From contig CP064982.1 in NCBI GenBank assembly GCA_016699595.1, positions 75,647 to 139,646 of the forward strand: DNA of 64,000 nt, read 5' to 3'. The position numbers and the translations under genes are program-made. Each line of letters starts with the position of its first letter. The first letter of the stretch is position 1. The notes beneath the pieces were generated by a model, which saw only the letters and a program-made list of their open reading frames with translations, was not told the origin of the DNA and searched no databases. Shown in pieces: positions 38,623 through 48,750 of the stretch. The DNA comes from a bacterium. Lineage in GTDB: Bacteria; Patescibacteriota; Dojkabacteria; GCA-016699595.

Positions 38623-39045
38623 ATGCAGTCATTGAACGAAATAGATGCCAAAATTGCTGGATTCAAAGCCCAAATAGCAAATCTTGAAAATGCACTCTAC
38701 AATCCTGATATACCTGAGCAACAAAAGGAACAGTTGAAAGAAGAGTTGAGACAATACAGGGAAGCTCTAAAGCAACATCTGGAAGCAAAAGAACAAAGAG
38801 AAGATCAATTAAAGCAATATAAGGCTGCTATACAAAATTACCAAAAGCAGATACAGCAAATGCAACAACAGTTGCAACAATATCAAGGTCAACTTGCTCA
38901 ATTGAAGGCTCAAAAGAAAGGGTTGGAAGTGCAATTGAAATCTCTAGCAGGTGTTGTAGCAAAGCAAAAAATGGCACAAAAAGAAGCTGCAAAGAAGAAT
39001 CAACAGATAGCTGTTGATGCTGAGCAAAGTGGTGGAATTGGATAA
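38623..39045 (+). CDS. hypothetical Q/K/E-rich coiled-coil protein
   Basis: 140 aa helical low-complexity ORF; an in-frame upstream ORF (38410-38550) is separated from it only by an amber codon at 38551-38553. Confidence 0.4.
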   Translation: MQSLNEIDAKIAGFKAQIANLENALYNPDIPEQQKEQLKEELRQYREALKQHLEAKEQREDQLKQYKAAIQNYQKQIQQMQQQLQQYQGQLAQLKAQKKGLEVQLKSLAGVVAKQKMAQKEAAKKNQQIAVDAEQSGGIG

Positions 39046-39320
39046 TTTAGACTTTCAAATTACATTTATTTTGCAATTGCCTTGCATATTCGCAATTACA
39101 TTGTAATAGTTACAACCTCTGAGATTTAATCTTCACTAGGTCCATCACGGTTATTTGTATAATTATCAGAGCATTTGCTGTTGATAGTTAAACTTGAATA
39201 TTTAGTGCTTGTAAATTTTGATTTCCTTGATATAATTCGCTGTATTGGTCGAAAGAGTCATTGCAGAGTTTGATAATTATATCAAATTGATTTACTACAA
39301 ATTTACGAAATTTTTTTCAT

Positions 39321-39890
39321 ATGGCAGTTTATTTAAATCCAACAGAACTCCGAAATGGCACCGTTTTTAAGCAAAATGAAGAGTCATTTAAGGTTTTGCG
39401 TTATGAACATAACAAAAGAGGAAGGGGTCATGCAACTATAAGAGTTAAAGTAAAAAATGTAGTTACAGGACAGGTATTGGAGTTTACTTATACTGACGGA
39501 GATAAACTTGAAGTAGCAGACATAGCAAAGAGAAATGCACAGTTTCTCTATAAAGATGCAAAAAGCTTGTTTTTTATGGATGGCAGTGATTTCTCTCAAT
39601 TTGAATTTTTGCTAGAAGATTATGCTTTTGAAGCAGCGTTTCTGAAAGAGGGATTGATAGTTCAAGTTGTTTGGTTAGATCAAAAGCCTGTGAGTTTTGA
39701 GTTACCGGCATCTGTTGAACTTGAGGTCGTCTATACTGAAAATGGAGTTGCAGGTGATACAGTTTCTGGCGCTTTGAAAGATGCAGAATTGGAAACTGGA
39801 CTCAAATTGAAAGTGCCTTTATTTATAAAAAATGGAGATAAATTGAAGATTCGAACTGATGATGCTACATACCAAGCTAGAGTAGACTAG
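39321..39890 (+). CDS. efp: elongation factor P
   Basis: 189 aa; N-terminal LRNGTVFKQNEESFKVLRYEHNKRGRGHATIRVKVKNVVTG matches the EF-P KOW domain; length and domain order typical. Confidence 0.85.
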   Translation: MAVYLNPTELRNGTVFKQNEESFKVLRYEHNKRGRGHATIRVKVKNVVTGQVLEFTYTDGDKLEVADIAKRNAQFLYKDAKSLFFMDGSDFSQFEFLLEDYAFEAAFLKEGLIVQVVWLDQKPVSFELPASVELEVVYTENGVAGDTVSGALKDAELETGLKLKVPLFIKNGDKLKIRTDDATYQARVD

Positions 39891-39954
39891 AAAGTATCAG
39901 ATTACTGTTATATTTGATTAACTATTTTTATTCAACCACTGCGATTTTTATGAA

Positions 39955-40938
39955 ATGCCATTATTAGCTCAAACAACCATAAGCCAGGATATAGTACCTG
40001 CAGTTACAACTTCTACTACAAGTTCATTGACATCTTTTAGTACATCTTCAGCAAACCTAGTGTTGACTACAATTGACAAAATTCAAACTTTGGATTTCAA
40101 CTTAGTTGCGAAATACTGTCTTGGTATACTAATTTTTATATGGTTGGTTATGACGATATGGGTTTTTCTTGATGCAAGAAGGAGGTATGTACATTGGTAT
40201 ACTGCTTTAGTTATAACAATGCTTTGTGGAATTCCCGGAATAGGTTTTGCTTTTTTGCTCTTGTATGCAATTATGCGACCTGAATTGACAATAAAAGAAT
40301 GGGAGATCGTTCACGCAAACTACGCCAAGTTTGATCTTTATTCATATGGTAGACTTGACAAAGCTTTGCCAATGCCTGATCCTGTAGAACAAAAAGATAT
40401 CAAGAAGGACAGGGAAAAAGAGGAATTACAACTTAAGCAAGATACTGCTGAGAAAGAGAATTCTGAACTAGCCAATGCTGAAGAACTAAAGAAACTTGAA
40501 GCTGAAAGTAACGAAGTACAGGAACTAAAAAATGATGTCGAAGAGATAGCTGAACAAGTCAAAAAACTTAATGAGAGTATAAATGAAAGTTCTTTGGAAG
40601 CTAAGATCGATATTGTAGAGCAAAGAATTGCAGATGAAGATGATGCAATTGATGTAGAAGTATCTTCTGATACATTACCTGCAGATGCTCATACTGCAGA
40701 GAGTTTAAATGATTCTGAAAAACAGGGTTCAGAAAGTCCAGAAGAAGTTTTGGATGTAGAGACATCAAACCAAGATATAGTAGGTACAGAGCTACCAAGA
40801 GAACAGAGTGAAGTTGAGACAAAGGATGGGGAATTAAAAAAAGATAAACTAGGAGCTGACATTGACGAGGTCAAAGATGCAGCAACACAGAAACTTTCGC
40901 TCTGGCAAAGACTGAAAAATTTTGTTAGTTTTGAATAG
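39955..40938 (+). CDS. hypothetical membrane protein with acidic coiled-coil C-terminal region
   Basis: Two TM helices near residues 55-105, then an E/K/D-rich helical tail. Confidence 0.35.
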   Translation: MPLLAQTTISQDIVPAVTTSTTSSLTSFSTSSANLVLTTIDKIQTLDFNLVAKYCLGILIFIWLVMTIWVFLDARRRYVHWYTALVITMLCGIPGIGFAFLLLYAIMRPELTIKEWEIVHANYAKFDLYSYGRLDKALPMPDPVEQKDIKKDREKEELQLKQDTAEKENSELANAEELKKLEAESNEVQELKNDVEEIAEQVKKLNESINESSLEAKIDIVEQRIADEDDAIDVEVSSDTLPADAHTAESLNDSEKQGSESPEEVLDVETSNQDIVGTELPREQSEVETKDGELKKDKLGADIDEVKDAATQKLSLWQRLKNFVSFE

Positions 40939-41050
40939 AGCTTAATTACTATTTCTTCGGTTTATAAATAACTTTAAGTTGCATATTCTTGATAGGTTGC
41001 TACTAATTTATATATTGTCAATTCATACATCCTTTGATATGATATAGCCT

Positions 41051-41947
41051 ATGGAAATTGACAGTATAATTATTGTAATAAAAAATATATTGGTATCCAA
41101 TTGGTTGATACTTATACTTTCCTTGCTCCTATCTCTATATCTGATCTTTCGTGATGCAAAGCGTTTGAATATAGAGTATATAAAGTACTATGATAAATTA
41201 TTTAAAGTCTTAATTTTAGGTTTAATCCTGTCTCGTATCATTTTTTTTGTTTTCAATTTTACAGAAGTATCTAACCTCCCCTGGAATGTAATTCCAAGGA
41301 TATATATAGAAGATCTTTATACATATCAAATTGCAACTGAATGGTCTTTGAAAGTTCTTCCGTGGAATTTTTTTGATATATATTCTGGTATCAATGTTTC
41401 AGGTTTCTTCATATCTTTCATTCTTATAGTTTTGTACAAACGAAAAAATTATAAAAAAAGTAAAGTAGTTGATTATTCATATTTTGCTTCGGTTAGGATT
41501 TTGATATTGCCTGTTTTCATATTTGTAAGCACTCTTACAGTTTTGATTTATCGTAAACTCGGCAAAGGATTCTTCTTGGAATCACTTTCAGATATGGATT
41601 ATATAGTCTTTTTTCTTATAGTTATAGTTGCTCTTTGGATAGGTTGGTTTGCTAGAAAAGAAAAAGTCCAATTTGACAAGGATATTCGAAACTCACTTAG
41701 GGAAACAGCCGATGAAGATAAATTGGTTGAAGTTGCAAAGAAAGTTAAATTTGAAAGATTCATGCAAAGAAAATTAAACAATTCAACAGCAAATGATTCC
41801 ACAGTGGAAGCAGCAGTAAGTCAAAAGAAGAGAAATAACTTGTTAGAAAGGCATTTGTTTACTTCTCTATATACAAAAGCTGGAGACTTGAAGTTTTTGA
41901 GGTCAAATAAGAAAGAAGTGAATGATAAAAAAAGTAATTTTCAATGA
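41051..41947 (+). CDS. hypothetical polytopic membrane protein
   Basis: 298 aa with several hydrophobic helices; its stop overlaps the start of the next gene (ATGA). Confidence 0.35.
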   Translation: MEIDSIIIVIKNILVSNWLILILSLLLSLYLIFRDAKRLNIEYIKYYDKLFKVLILGLILSRIIFFVFNFTEVSNLPWNVIPRIYIEDLYTYQIATEWSLKVLPWNFFDIYSGINVSGFFISFILIVLYKRKNYKKSKVVDYSYFASVRILILPVFIFVSTLTVLIYRKLGKGFFLESLSDMDYIVFFLIVIVALWIGWFARKEKVQFDKDIRNSLRETADEDKLVEVAKKVKFERFMQRKLNNSTANDSTVEAAVSQKKRNNLLERHLFTSLYTKAGDLKFLRSNKKEVNDKKSNFQ

Positions 41948-42891
41948 ACAATATAACGACAGTCAAAAAAGAATATCACAATATGACTTTGGAGCATTAT
42001 CTTCTGATAACCTATCCTGAATATTCAAGATCGTATATGTCCAAACTTATCAAATCTGGAATGGTTGCTGTAAATGATATAGTGTCAGATTCTCGACTCA
42101 AGAGAATAATTCATAATGACAAAGTAGAAATTGAATTTCGAGATAAAGTAGGGGATACGATTCTATCAGAAAACATTCCATTTGAAATTATATTCGAAAA
42201 TGATGATTTGCTCGTTATCAACAAAGAAGAAGGTGTAGTTGTCCATCCTGGAGCAGGACAGGAATCCGGCACTTTGTTAAATGCAGTAAAACATTATCTA
42301 AAAGAAGATTCACAGCCCGTTATGGTGAACAGGATAGACAAGGAGACTTCAGGGATAGTTTTAGTAGCAAAAACTCCAAAATCTAGAGAAGTTTACGCAA
42401 AACAGTTTGAAAATAGGGAGGTCAGTAAGACATACCTTTGTGTAGTTTCTAGTAAATTGAATCCAGCTCTTGATTCAAAGTATGGTACTGTGGCAGAAGA
42501 TGGATTTCAAATTGAAGGGATGATAGGTCGGAACAAAAGGAATAGAAAGATACAATATTTGTTTGAAACAAAAGTTGGCAAAATCAAAACTGTCAATAGG
42601 GACAAGTTGAATTTGAAAACTGCTGACAGAAGGTTTTCCCTTACTCAATTCCGTCATTACAACGAGAATCCGGCATATATTACATTGTCAGTCTTTCCTG
42701 TCACAGGTAGGACTCACCAAATAAGAGCACATCTGAAAGCTATAGATTTCCCCATCATAGGTGATCTGGACTATTCTGGAGAAAAGTTTGCTAGGCTTAT
42801 GCTTCATAGTTGGAAACTGTCAATTCAGGTTGACGGTAAAAATCAAAATTTTGAAACAAAGATACCAAGTGAATTTGATATTTTTTTATAA
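41944..42891 (+). CDS. RluA-family 23S rRNA pseudouridine synthase (RluD-like, N-terminal S4 domain)
   Basis: S4-like N-terminus, VVHPGAGQ, catalytic-Asp motif VNRIDKETSGIVLVAKT and HQIRAH. Confidence 0.85.
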   Translation: MNNITTVKKEYHNMTLEHYLLITYPEYSRSYMSKLIKSGMVAVNDIVSDSRLKRIIHNDKVEIEFRDKVGDTILSENIPFEIIFENDDLLVINKEEGVVVHPGAGQESGTLLNAVKHYLKEDSQPVMVNRIDKETSGIVLVAKTPKSREVYAKQFENREVSKTYLCVVSSKLNPALDSKYGTVAEDGFQIEGMIGRNKRNRKIQYLFETKVGKIKTVNRDKLNLKTADRRFSLTQFRHYNENPAYITLSVFPVTGRTHQIRAHLKAIDFPIIGDLDYSGEKFARLMLHSWKLSIQVDGKNQNFETKIPSEFDIFL

Positions 42892-42905
42892 TTTGGTTCT
42901 CGCTT

Positions 42906-43967
42906 GTGATGTTGAGAAATTACTCCAAGTACAAAAAGCAGGATATGAAGCGTGAACGATTTCCAGTAGGCCACTTTTCTTTGAAAAAACCAGATTTCTT
43001 TATATTAGGCAAATTTAGAGAACTAACAATTAGCTTAAGAAATCTTTCGCAAAGTCAAAAAGTTAGCTTGAAGATACTAACTTTTGTAATCATTCTTTTT
43101 CTTGCTGTGATAGTTTTATTCAACCAGTTTTCTTCTAAAAATATTGTATCCAAACTTGAGTTAAGCAATCCATTTACTACACGCAATCAAATTATCCCAG
43201 GAAACTCGTTTCGTGTTGCAGTGATAATATTCGAACAATCCGATGACTCAAGGATTGCAACAAAGTTTTTTATCTCAAAGTTTGATCCAAAAGAGCAAAG
43301 TATCGTGACTCTCAATTTTACAGATGCATTAGACTCAAGTAATCCAGACCTTTTTGCAGCTAAAAGTTTATATGAATTTGAAAACTTGATTAGAGAAAAG
43401 TTATCTTTGTATATTGACAGGATTATAGTTATTGAACCTAGTAGCTATCAAAGTAGCGAACTTATGGATCTATCACCTAAAGAATTTTGGCATATATTGG
43501 ACAGGAAATTCAAAAATATGACAAACATTGTTAACTATATTCAAGCTTTCAATAGCGATATGCAAACGAATCTAAGCGTTGAAGAGTTCTACGAAGCTCA
43601 AAGAATTGTTGGGTACAATTTGTTCTCAACTATCGATGCAAACCTATCTATACAATCAGATCTAGACAATAGATTTTTAAGCGATGATATCTCAAAAGAA
43701 CAAGCAAGAGTTGAGATAGTGAATTCTTCTGATAAAGGAGGTTTGGCACAGTATTATGCAGGTTTACTTGCAAATTCAGGAGTCTTTGTAAGCAAAATAG
43801 GGAACTTTGACTATAGTTTTGAAAGAAATGTACTTTATGTAGAAGATGTTGAGAATTACCAATCTACAATCACCTTGATAAGCAATATTTTACCTGATCT
43901 TGAGATTCGAAAACAATCACTTAACGGTTTGACGACTTCCGATATGCTACTGATTGTCCGAAAATAA
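42906..43967 (+). CDS. membrane protein with LytR_C-like C-terminal domain (LCP-related), tentative
   Basis: N-terminal TM; C-terminal VEIVNSSDKGGLAQYYAGLLANSGVFVSKIGNFD...VLYVED resembles the LytR C-terminal domain. Confidence 0.4.
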   Translation: MMLRNYSKYKKQDMKRERFPVGHFSLKKPDFFILGKFRELTISLRNLSQSQKVSLKILTFVIILFLAVIVLFNQFSSKNIVSKLELSNPFTTRNQIIPGNSFRVAVIIFEQSDDSRIATKFFISKFDPKEQSIVTLNFTDALDSSNPDLFAAKSLYEFENLIREKLSLYIDRIIVIEPSSYQSSELMDLSPKEFWHILDRKFKNMTNIVNYIQAFNSDMQTNLSVEEFYEAQRIVGYNLFSTIDANLSIQSDLDNRFLSDDISKEQARVEIVNSSDKGGLAQYYAGLLANSGVFVSKIGNFDYSFERNVLYVEDVENYQSTITLISNILPDLEIRKQSLNGLTTSDMLLIVRK

Positions 43968-44113
43968 ATACCTGCTTATTTTCAATCTTTGGTAGTAACA
44001 AATTTCACATATTTTTACATACAATTTGCTTGCAATGAATTTGAAAATTTCTTATCATAGAGTATTTATTAAATAGTACATTTTCAAGTGTAATCTAATC
44101 TAGTGTAAATACT

Positions 44114-47100
44114 ATGAACACAAATATCACTTTTTCAAACTTCGCGAATAAAAGAAACGGCAAATTAGTCATGTTTTTTTTATTAGGACTAGTTATGTTT
44201 TTCCTAATAATAACCATTTCTTTGACTTTATCAAAAAGGGACATAAATCTAGACGAGTCTAATGCTGGTAACTATAATGTCGTCAAAGACAAAGATGGTT
44301 GGTGGGTGCAGGCGGCTCCTTATTGTGAAAATTTTCCTGTAACCAATAGTCAAGGCGAATGTTCGAAAGTAACTGTAGTCAGTGGCTCTATTGTGCAACG
44401 ACTAAATCAGACAAAGAAGTGCGACAATACAGTATGTCCAGCTCAACCTTCGCCAGCGAGTAGCTGTATAGATATACAAACTTATGTCAAGGGGGACAGC
44501 AAAGATACTAATGATCAAACGAAGTGGAGGTGTACCGATGTGAGAAGTGGTAATACATGGAGTGATCCTAAGGAGAATTCTTCTGGTCAAGGCGTGAAAT
44601 GTGATGGAACTACACTTTGTCAGTCACCTGTTTGGCAAACAGCAAGTTTAGGAACTATCCAAACAATCACAGTGTGCCCTACAGTATCTAGCTCTGCTGA
44701 CTGTACAGCTGGATATGTCGGAGGGAATGGATTGAGAAAGGCGATAAATGACATACAAAATGGAGGAACGATCAAAGTAAAGAATGGAGTGTACAAAAAT
44801 ACTGAAGCTACTGATGTTCAATTTCAAGATACAACTGGAACGAGAAAAGTAGCTTACTTGATAAGAGACAAAGATTTGACAGTCCAAGGGGAATCAAGAG
44901 AAGGAGTAGTGCTTGATGGGAGTGATCCATCAAACAATGTAACAGATGGGGTGAGAGGTATAGTGAGTGTAGGAGTGAGTAAAGTAGAGATAAAAAATTT
45001 GACTGTTGCAAAATTCACCTCTCATGGTATTCTCTCTCGAGATACATCAAGTATGACAATAACAAACTCAATATCCAAAGAGAATGCACATTCAGGCATT
45101 TCCTCTTGGGATACATCGAGTATGGTAGTCACTGAATCAGTATCTGAAAATAATAGCCTTCAGGGCACACTGTTCTCGACTGGACATGGCTTTTTTGCTG
45201 GGCAACAATCAAAAATGATGCTTCGCAATGTGAAATCAATTGGTAATAGAAGAGTAGGGGTATGGATAGCAACCTCTTCTGAATTAAAAATAGAAGATAG
45301 TGAGATTCTTGCTAACTTAGATTCTGGCATAATACTAAGTGACGGAGCTAAACTCACTTTAACTTTAAAAAATACAAAGATACAAGCGAATACGATAAAT
45401 GGTATATTGTGTAGTAATTCTTCAGCTAGAATCACACCTGAGTCAATAGGCAATACAATTTCTGAGAATGGTGGTGGGAACTATGTGAGTACAAATGGAG
45501 GATGTCCGGGGACTACACTGGAAACTTTGACTGGGAGGGCTACATACACAAACGGACTTCATGTTGTATTGGTAGGTTCAGATGGTAAAAGAATGAAAGA
45601 TACAGCATATTCTCAAGAAGTACAATGTGAAGGTACTAGACATGTAGATTTCTCTTTCACTTCTGTAAGTATGTCAGGAGATAGTAGCAATACAAACTTG
45701 AGGGTTAGACCAGATCAGTGTTATAACGATGGCAAAAATCCACAGTTATTGTTTAGGACGCAAAGCAGTACAACTGAAGAAGCTACTTGGAATTTTAGGA
45801 CAACTTTCGGCGATGGATGTAGTTGGGTTTATGATAATGACTATAGAACTCCGGAGACTACGGCATCAGGTAACAATTGTTCAAACATCTCTTTTCTAGG
45901 AGGTCGAGCAACTAATGTAGACTCTATATATGCTTCTCTCACTATTAGACTTGCTCTTATTACAAATACTACACCTGCAACATCTGCAACAGGGACATTT
46001 GGTACAAATAATACTGAGCAACCAGAATTATCAACAATCACAGTTTGTCCTACTGAAGGTTCATCTAGGGATTGTACATCGGGATATGTTGGAGCTAGTG
46101 GTATTCAAGATGCATTGAACAATGTCAAAGCAGGTGGAGCGATAAATATCAAAGCTGGTGTATACGAAAATACAACAACAACCAATGTCCAAGAAGTCGG
46201 GCAAGTAGTCAAGGTTGCTTACTATGTAACTAAAAATGTAAATATAATGGGAGCGATGAGAAACAACGAGGTCGCTGTTTTTTTGGAAGGTGCAAGAAGT
46301 CAAACGGACACACTTGGAACTAGAGGCATTTATGTGAAAGACGGTGTAACAGTCAAGATTGATAATGTGGCAGTGAAAAATTATACAAGTCATGGCTTTG
46401 CGTTGTCTGGAAGTTCAACATTAAACGGTAGAAACTTGAATTCATCAGGAAATCAAGGAAGTGGATTTATCGCAGTGGATAATAGTAAATTGAATCTAAC
46501 TGATAGCTACTCAAACAACAATGTTAGAAATGGAGTTGCATTATGGAACAATTCCATTGCAAATTTGCTAAGTCTTGAAATCACAGGGAATGGACGGGGT
46601 ATAAATATTGGGGATAATAGTAAATTGAAATTAAATCAAACTGAGATTCGTGGAAATAATAATACTGTAAGCTACAAAGATAAGTACGGACTAGTTTGCG
46701 ATGGTGGAAATTCTAAGATAGAGCAGGATTCAAAGGAGAATAATTTAACACAAAATCAAGGAGGAGATTTCAAACAGTTAAATAATGGTTGTCCTGGTAT
46801 CACTGAGGCGATGTTGGAACCTACTGTAAATGTAACGACTACACCATCTCCTGTAACTACAACACCTACAACAAGCGCATCTAAGTGTATTGTATCTGGT
46901 TGTAATAGTGAAATATGTAGTGATACGAATCAAAATTCAACTTGTGTCTACAAAGAAGAATATGCATGCTATAGAACTGCAAAATGTGAGGTTCAACAAA
47001 ATGGGCAATGTGGATGGACTCAAACCTTGGAACTGATAAGTTGCTTATCTGGATCTCAAAACGGTACTACTAGTCAACAAGTACAATGTACAAAATATGA

Positions 47101-47326
47101 TTTAAATAGAGATAATAAGGTAACCATACTTGGCGACTTTACATTATTCTTGAACGAATTTGCAAATTATCCAATAAAAGCTGGCATTCGAGATTCAATA
47201 GCAGATTTCAACTCAGATCGAAAAGTTGATATAGTAGATTTTGTAATGTTTAGAAATGCTTTGTACCAATATGCTGTTACAAAAAGCTGTGATGTGACAG
47301 TATTAGAAACAGAATTTAGACCTTAA
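44114..47326 (+). CDS. giant secreted protein: internally duplicated parallel beta-helix-like modules + C-terminal type-I dockerin
   Basis: Signal/TM anchor. Two roughly 120-aa homologous segments (TVCPTVSSSADCTAGYVGGNGLRKAINDIQNGGTIKVKNGVYKNTEATDVQ... near nt 44661 and TVCPTEGSSRDCTSGYVGASGIQDALNNVKAGGAINIKAGVYENTTTTNVQ... near nt 46031). The C-terminus has two calcium-binding dockerin repeats, DLNRDNKVTILGDFTLFLNEF and DFNSDRKVDIVDFVMFRNAL (D1-N3-D5-D9-D12 pattern), at nt ~47099-47280. Confidence 0.7.
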   Translation: MNTNITFSNFANKRNGKLVMFFLLGLVMFFLIITISLTLSKRDINLDESNAGNYNVVKDKDGWWVQAAPYCENFPVTNSQGECSKVTVVSGSIVQRLNQTKKCDNTVCPAQPSPASSCIDIQTYVKGDSKDTNDQTKWRCTDVRSGNTWSDPKENSSGQGVKCDGTTLCQSPVWQTASLGTIQTITVCPTVSSSADCTAGYVGGNGLRKAINDIQNGGTIKVKNGVYKNTEATDVQFQDTTGTRKVAYLIRDKDLTVQGESREGVVLDGSDPSNNVTDGVRGIVSVGVSKVEIKNLTVAKFTSHGILSRDTSSMTITNSISKENAHSGISSWDTSSMVVTESVSENNSLQGTLFSTGHGFFAGQQSKMMLRNVKSIGNRRVGVWIATSSELKIEDSEILANLDSGIILSDGAKLTLTLKNTKIQANTINGILCSNSSARITPESIGNTISENGGGNYVSTNGGCPGTTLETLTGRATYTNGLHVVLVGSDGKRMKDTAYSQEVQCEGTRHVDFSFTSVSMSGDSSNTNLRVRPDQCYNDGKNPQLLFRTQSSTTEEATWNFRTTFGDGCSWVYDNDYRTPETTASGNNCSNISFLGGRATNVDSIYASLTIRLALITNTTPATSATGTFGTNNTEQPELSTITVCPTEGSSRDCTSGYVGASGIQDALNNVKAGGAINIKAGVYENTTTTNVQEVGQVVKVAYYVTKNVNIMGAMRNNEVAVFLEGARSQTDTLGTRGIYVKDGVTVKIDNVAVKNYTSHGFALSGSSTLNGRNLNSSGNQGSGFIAVDNSKLNLTDSYSNNNVRNGVALWNNSIANLLSLEITGNGRGINIGDNSKLKLNQTEIRGNNNTVSYKDKYGLVCDGGNSKIEQDSKENNLTQNQGGDFKQLNNGCPGITEAMLEPTVNVTTTPSPVTTTPTTSASKCIVSGCNSEICSDTNQNSTCVYKEEYACYRTAKCEVQQNGQCGWTQTLELISCLSGSQNGTTSQQVQCTKYDLNRDNKVTILGDFTLFLNEFANYPIKAGIRDSIADFNSDRKVDIVDFVMFRNALYQYAVTKSCDVTVLETEFRP

Positions 47327-47366
47327 CTAATTATTAAAAATTAATTTATAAGTAAACTTTGAATTT

Positions 47367-48734
47367 ATGTCAAAACTGCTCGGTTCCAACATTAAACTAG
47401 ATAAGAGGTTACTGACCTTGTTAATATTTCTTGCAGTAGGGGTATTGACATTGGTTGTATTATTTGTCGTGCTTGTATTACCATCTCTTGCTCCCTCTAA
47501 ATCAAGTGCAAGTAATGTAAGTGTATACCTGACACCTAGTACTGGAAATATTTCGGCTACACAAGATACAAATATTGATTTGTATATAAATACAGGTGGA
47601 ACGGAGGTTACTGCAGCGTCAGTATTCTTGAAGTATGATCCAGCTAAAGTCTCTTTACAAATTTCGCAGGGTGAAATTCCAGTGGCTTTTGTTTCTCAAA
47701 GTGCAGGAAATGATACTTTCGAAATACAGGCAGGTTTGGCAGAAAAAAATGAACAAGGAGGGATTACAGGTAGAGGATATACAGGTACTGGTATAGTAGC
47801 TAGGATAAAAGTGAAAGCATTAACTGGACAAACTTCAGGTACAGCTTCGTTATCTATCACTGATCAGTCCAGTTTGGAAATTGGCGGCAATAATACTGGA
47901 TTTTCAAATCAAAGTATAAGAGCGTATGTATATAATCTGGGAAATGCTTCTGCTGCTACTCCTATAATTGTTAATCTTACACCAGCACCAGCAAATATAA
48001 CTAATTACGATGATACTTATGTGAATATAGCTATAAGTACTGTAAATCAGAATGTACAAGGAGCAAAAGTATATCTAAGGTTCGATCCAACGAAGGTAAG
48101 TATTGAGGGCTTAGTAGGTAGTATTCCAGATTTTGGAACAAGCATATTCCAGTCAAGAATTGTAGATGGAAATACATTAGAAATTCAAAGTGGTGTTAGC
48201 CTAAGTAATCAAAGTGGGTTCAATGGCACAGGCACATTTGCAAGACTGAAGTTGCGAGCATTAAGTACTCAGAAAGGGATAACTGAAATATCTGTACTTG
48301 ATTCTTCAACATTTGGTATAACATCAACTACATGGATAGGCATTTCAACTTCAAGTGTGAAAGCATATACATTTCAGTTAAATGAAAGTGCAATTGCAAC
48401 TAGCAGTTTATCATCAAATCCGGCGACTTCGGCAGAACCCAGAAGAAGCACGAGAAGTAGTAGTTTATCATCGTCTAACTCGTCTTTATCATCATCGAGA
48501 TCATCATCTTTATCATCTAGTATGTCTGCTACCTCAAGTATTAGTAGTATCGGAGCGATTCGTACTAGTTCTCCATCAGTATCATCAGCTCTTCCTTCAA
48601 CAGGCATTCTTGATTCGTTTGGAGGTAATGAATGGATGATATATTTGTTTGTAGGTTTGGCTTTAATAGCAATAGTTGGTTTACCAATGTTAACAAAGGT
48701 AGGGAGTTTTGAAAGGTCTATAGTGAAATCTTGA
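47367..48734 (+). CDS. LPXTG cell-wall-anchored protein with two cohesin-like domains and a Ser-rich stalk
   Basis: N-terminal signal/TM. Two roughly 140-aa repeats (…VFLKYDPAKVSL…GTGIVARIKVKALTG… and …VYLRFDPTKVSI…GTGTFARLKLRALS…) resemble cohesin modules (compare CipA …YDPNVLEI…GVFATIVAKVKSG…). Then an S-rich linker, LPSTG (48591-48605), a hydrophobic segment and a charged tail. Confidence 0.7.
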   Translation: MSKLLGSNIKLDKRLLTLLIFLAVGVLTLVVLFVVLVLPSLAPSKSSASNVSVYLTPSTGNISATQDTNIDLYINTGGTEVTAASVFLKYDPAKVSLQISQGEIPVAFVSQSAGNDTFEIQAGLAEKNEQGGITGRGYTGTGIVARIKVKALTGQTSGTASLSITDQSSLEIGGNNTGFSNQSIRAYVYNLGNASAATPIIVNLTPAPANITNYDDTYVNIAISTVNQNVQGAKVYLRFDPTKVSIEGLVGSIPDFGTSIFQSRIVDGNTLEIQSGVSLSNQSGFNGTGTFARLKLRALSTQKGITEISVLDSSTFGITSTTWIGISTSSVKAYTFQLNESAIATSSLSSNPATSAEPRRSTRSSSLSSSNSSLSSSRSSSLSSSMSATSSISSIGAIRTSSPSVSSALPSTGILDSFGGNEWMIYLFVGLALIAIVGLPMLTKVGSFERSIVKS

Positions 48735-48750
48735 TATGTTATAATTCCGA

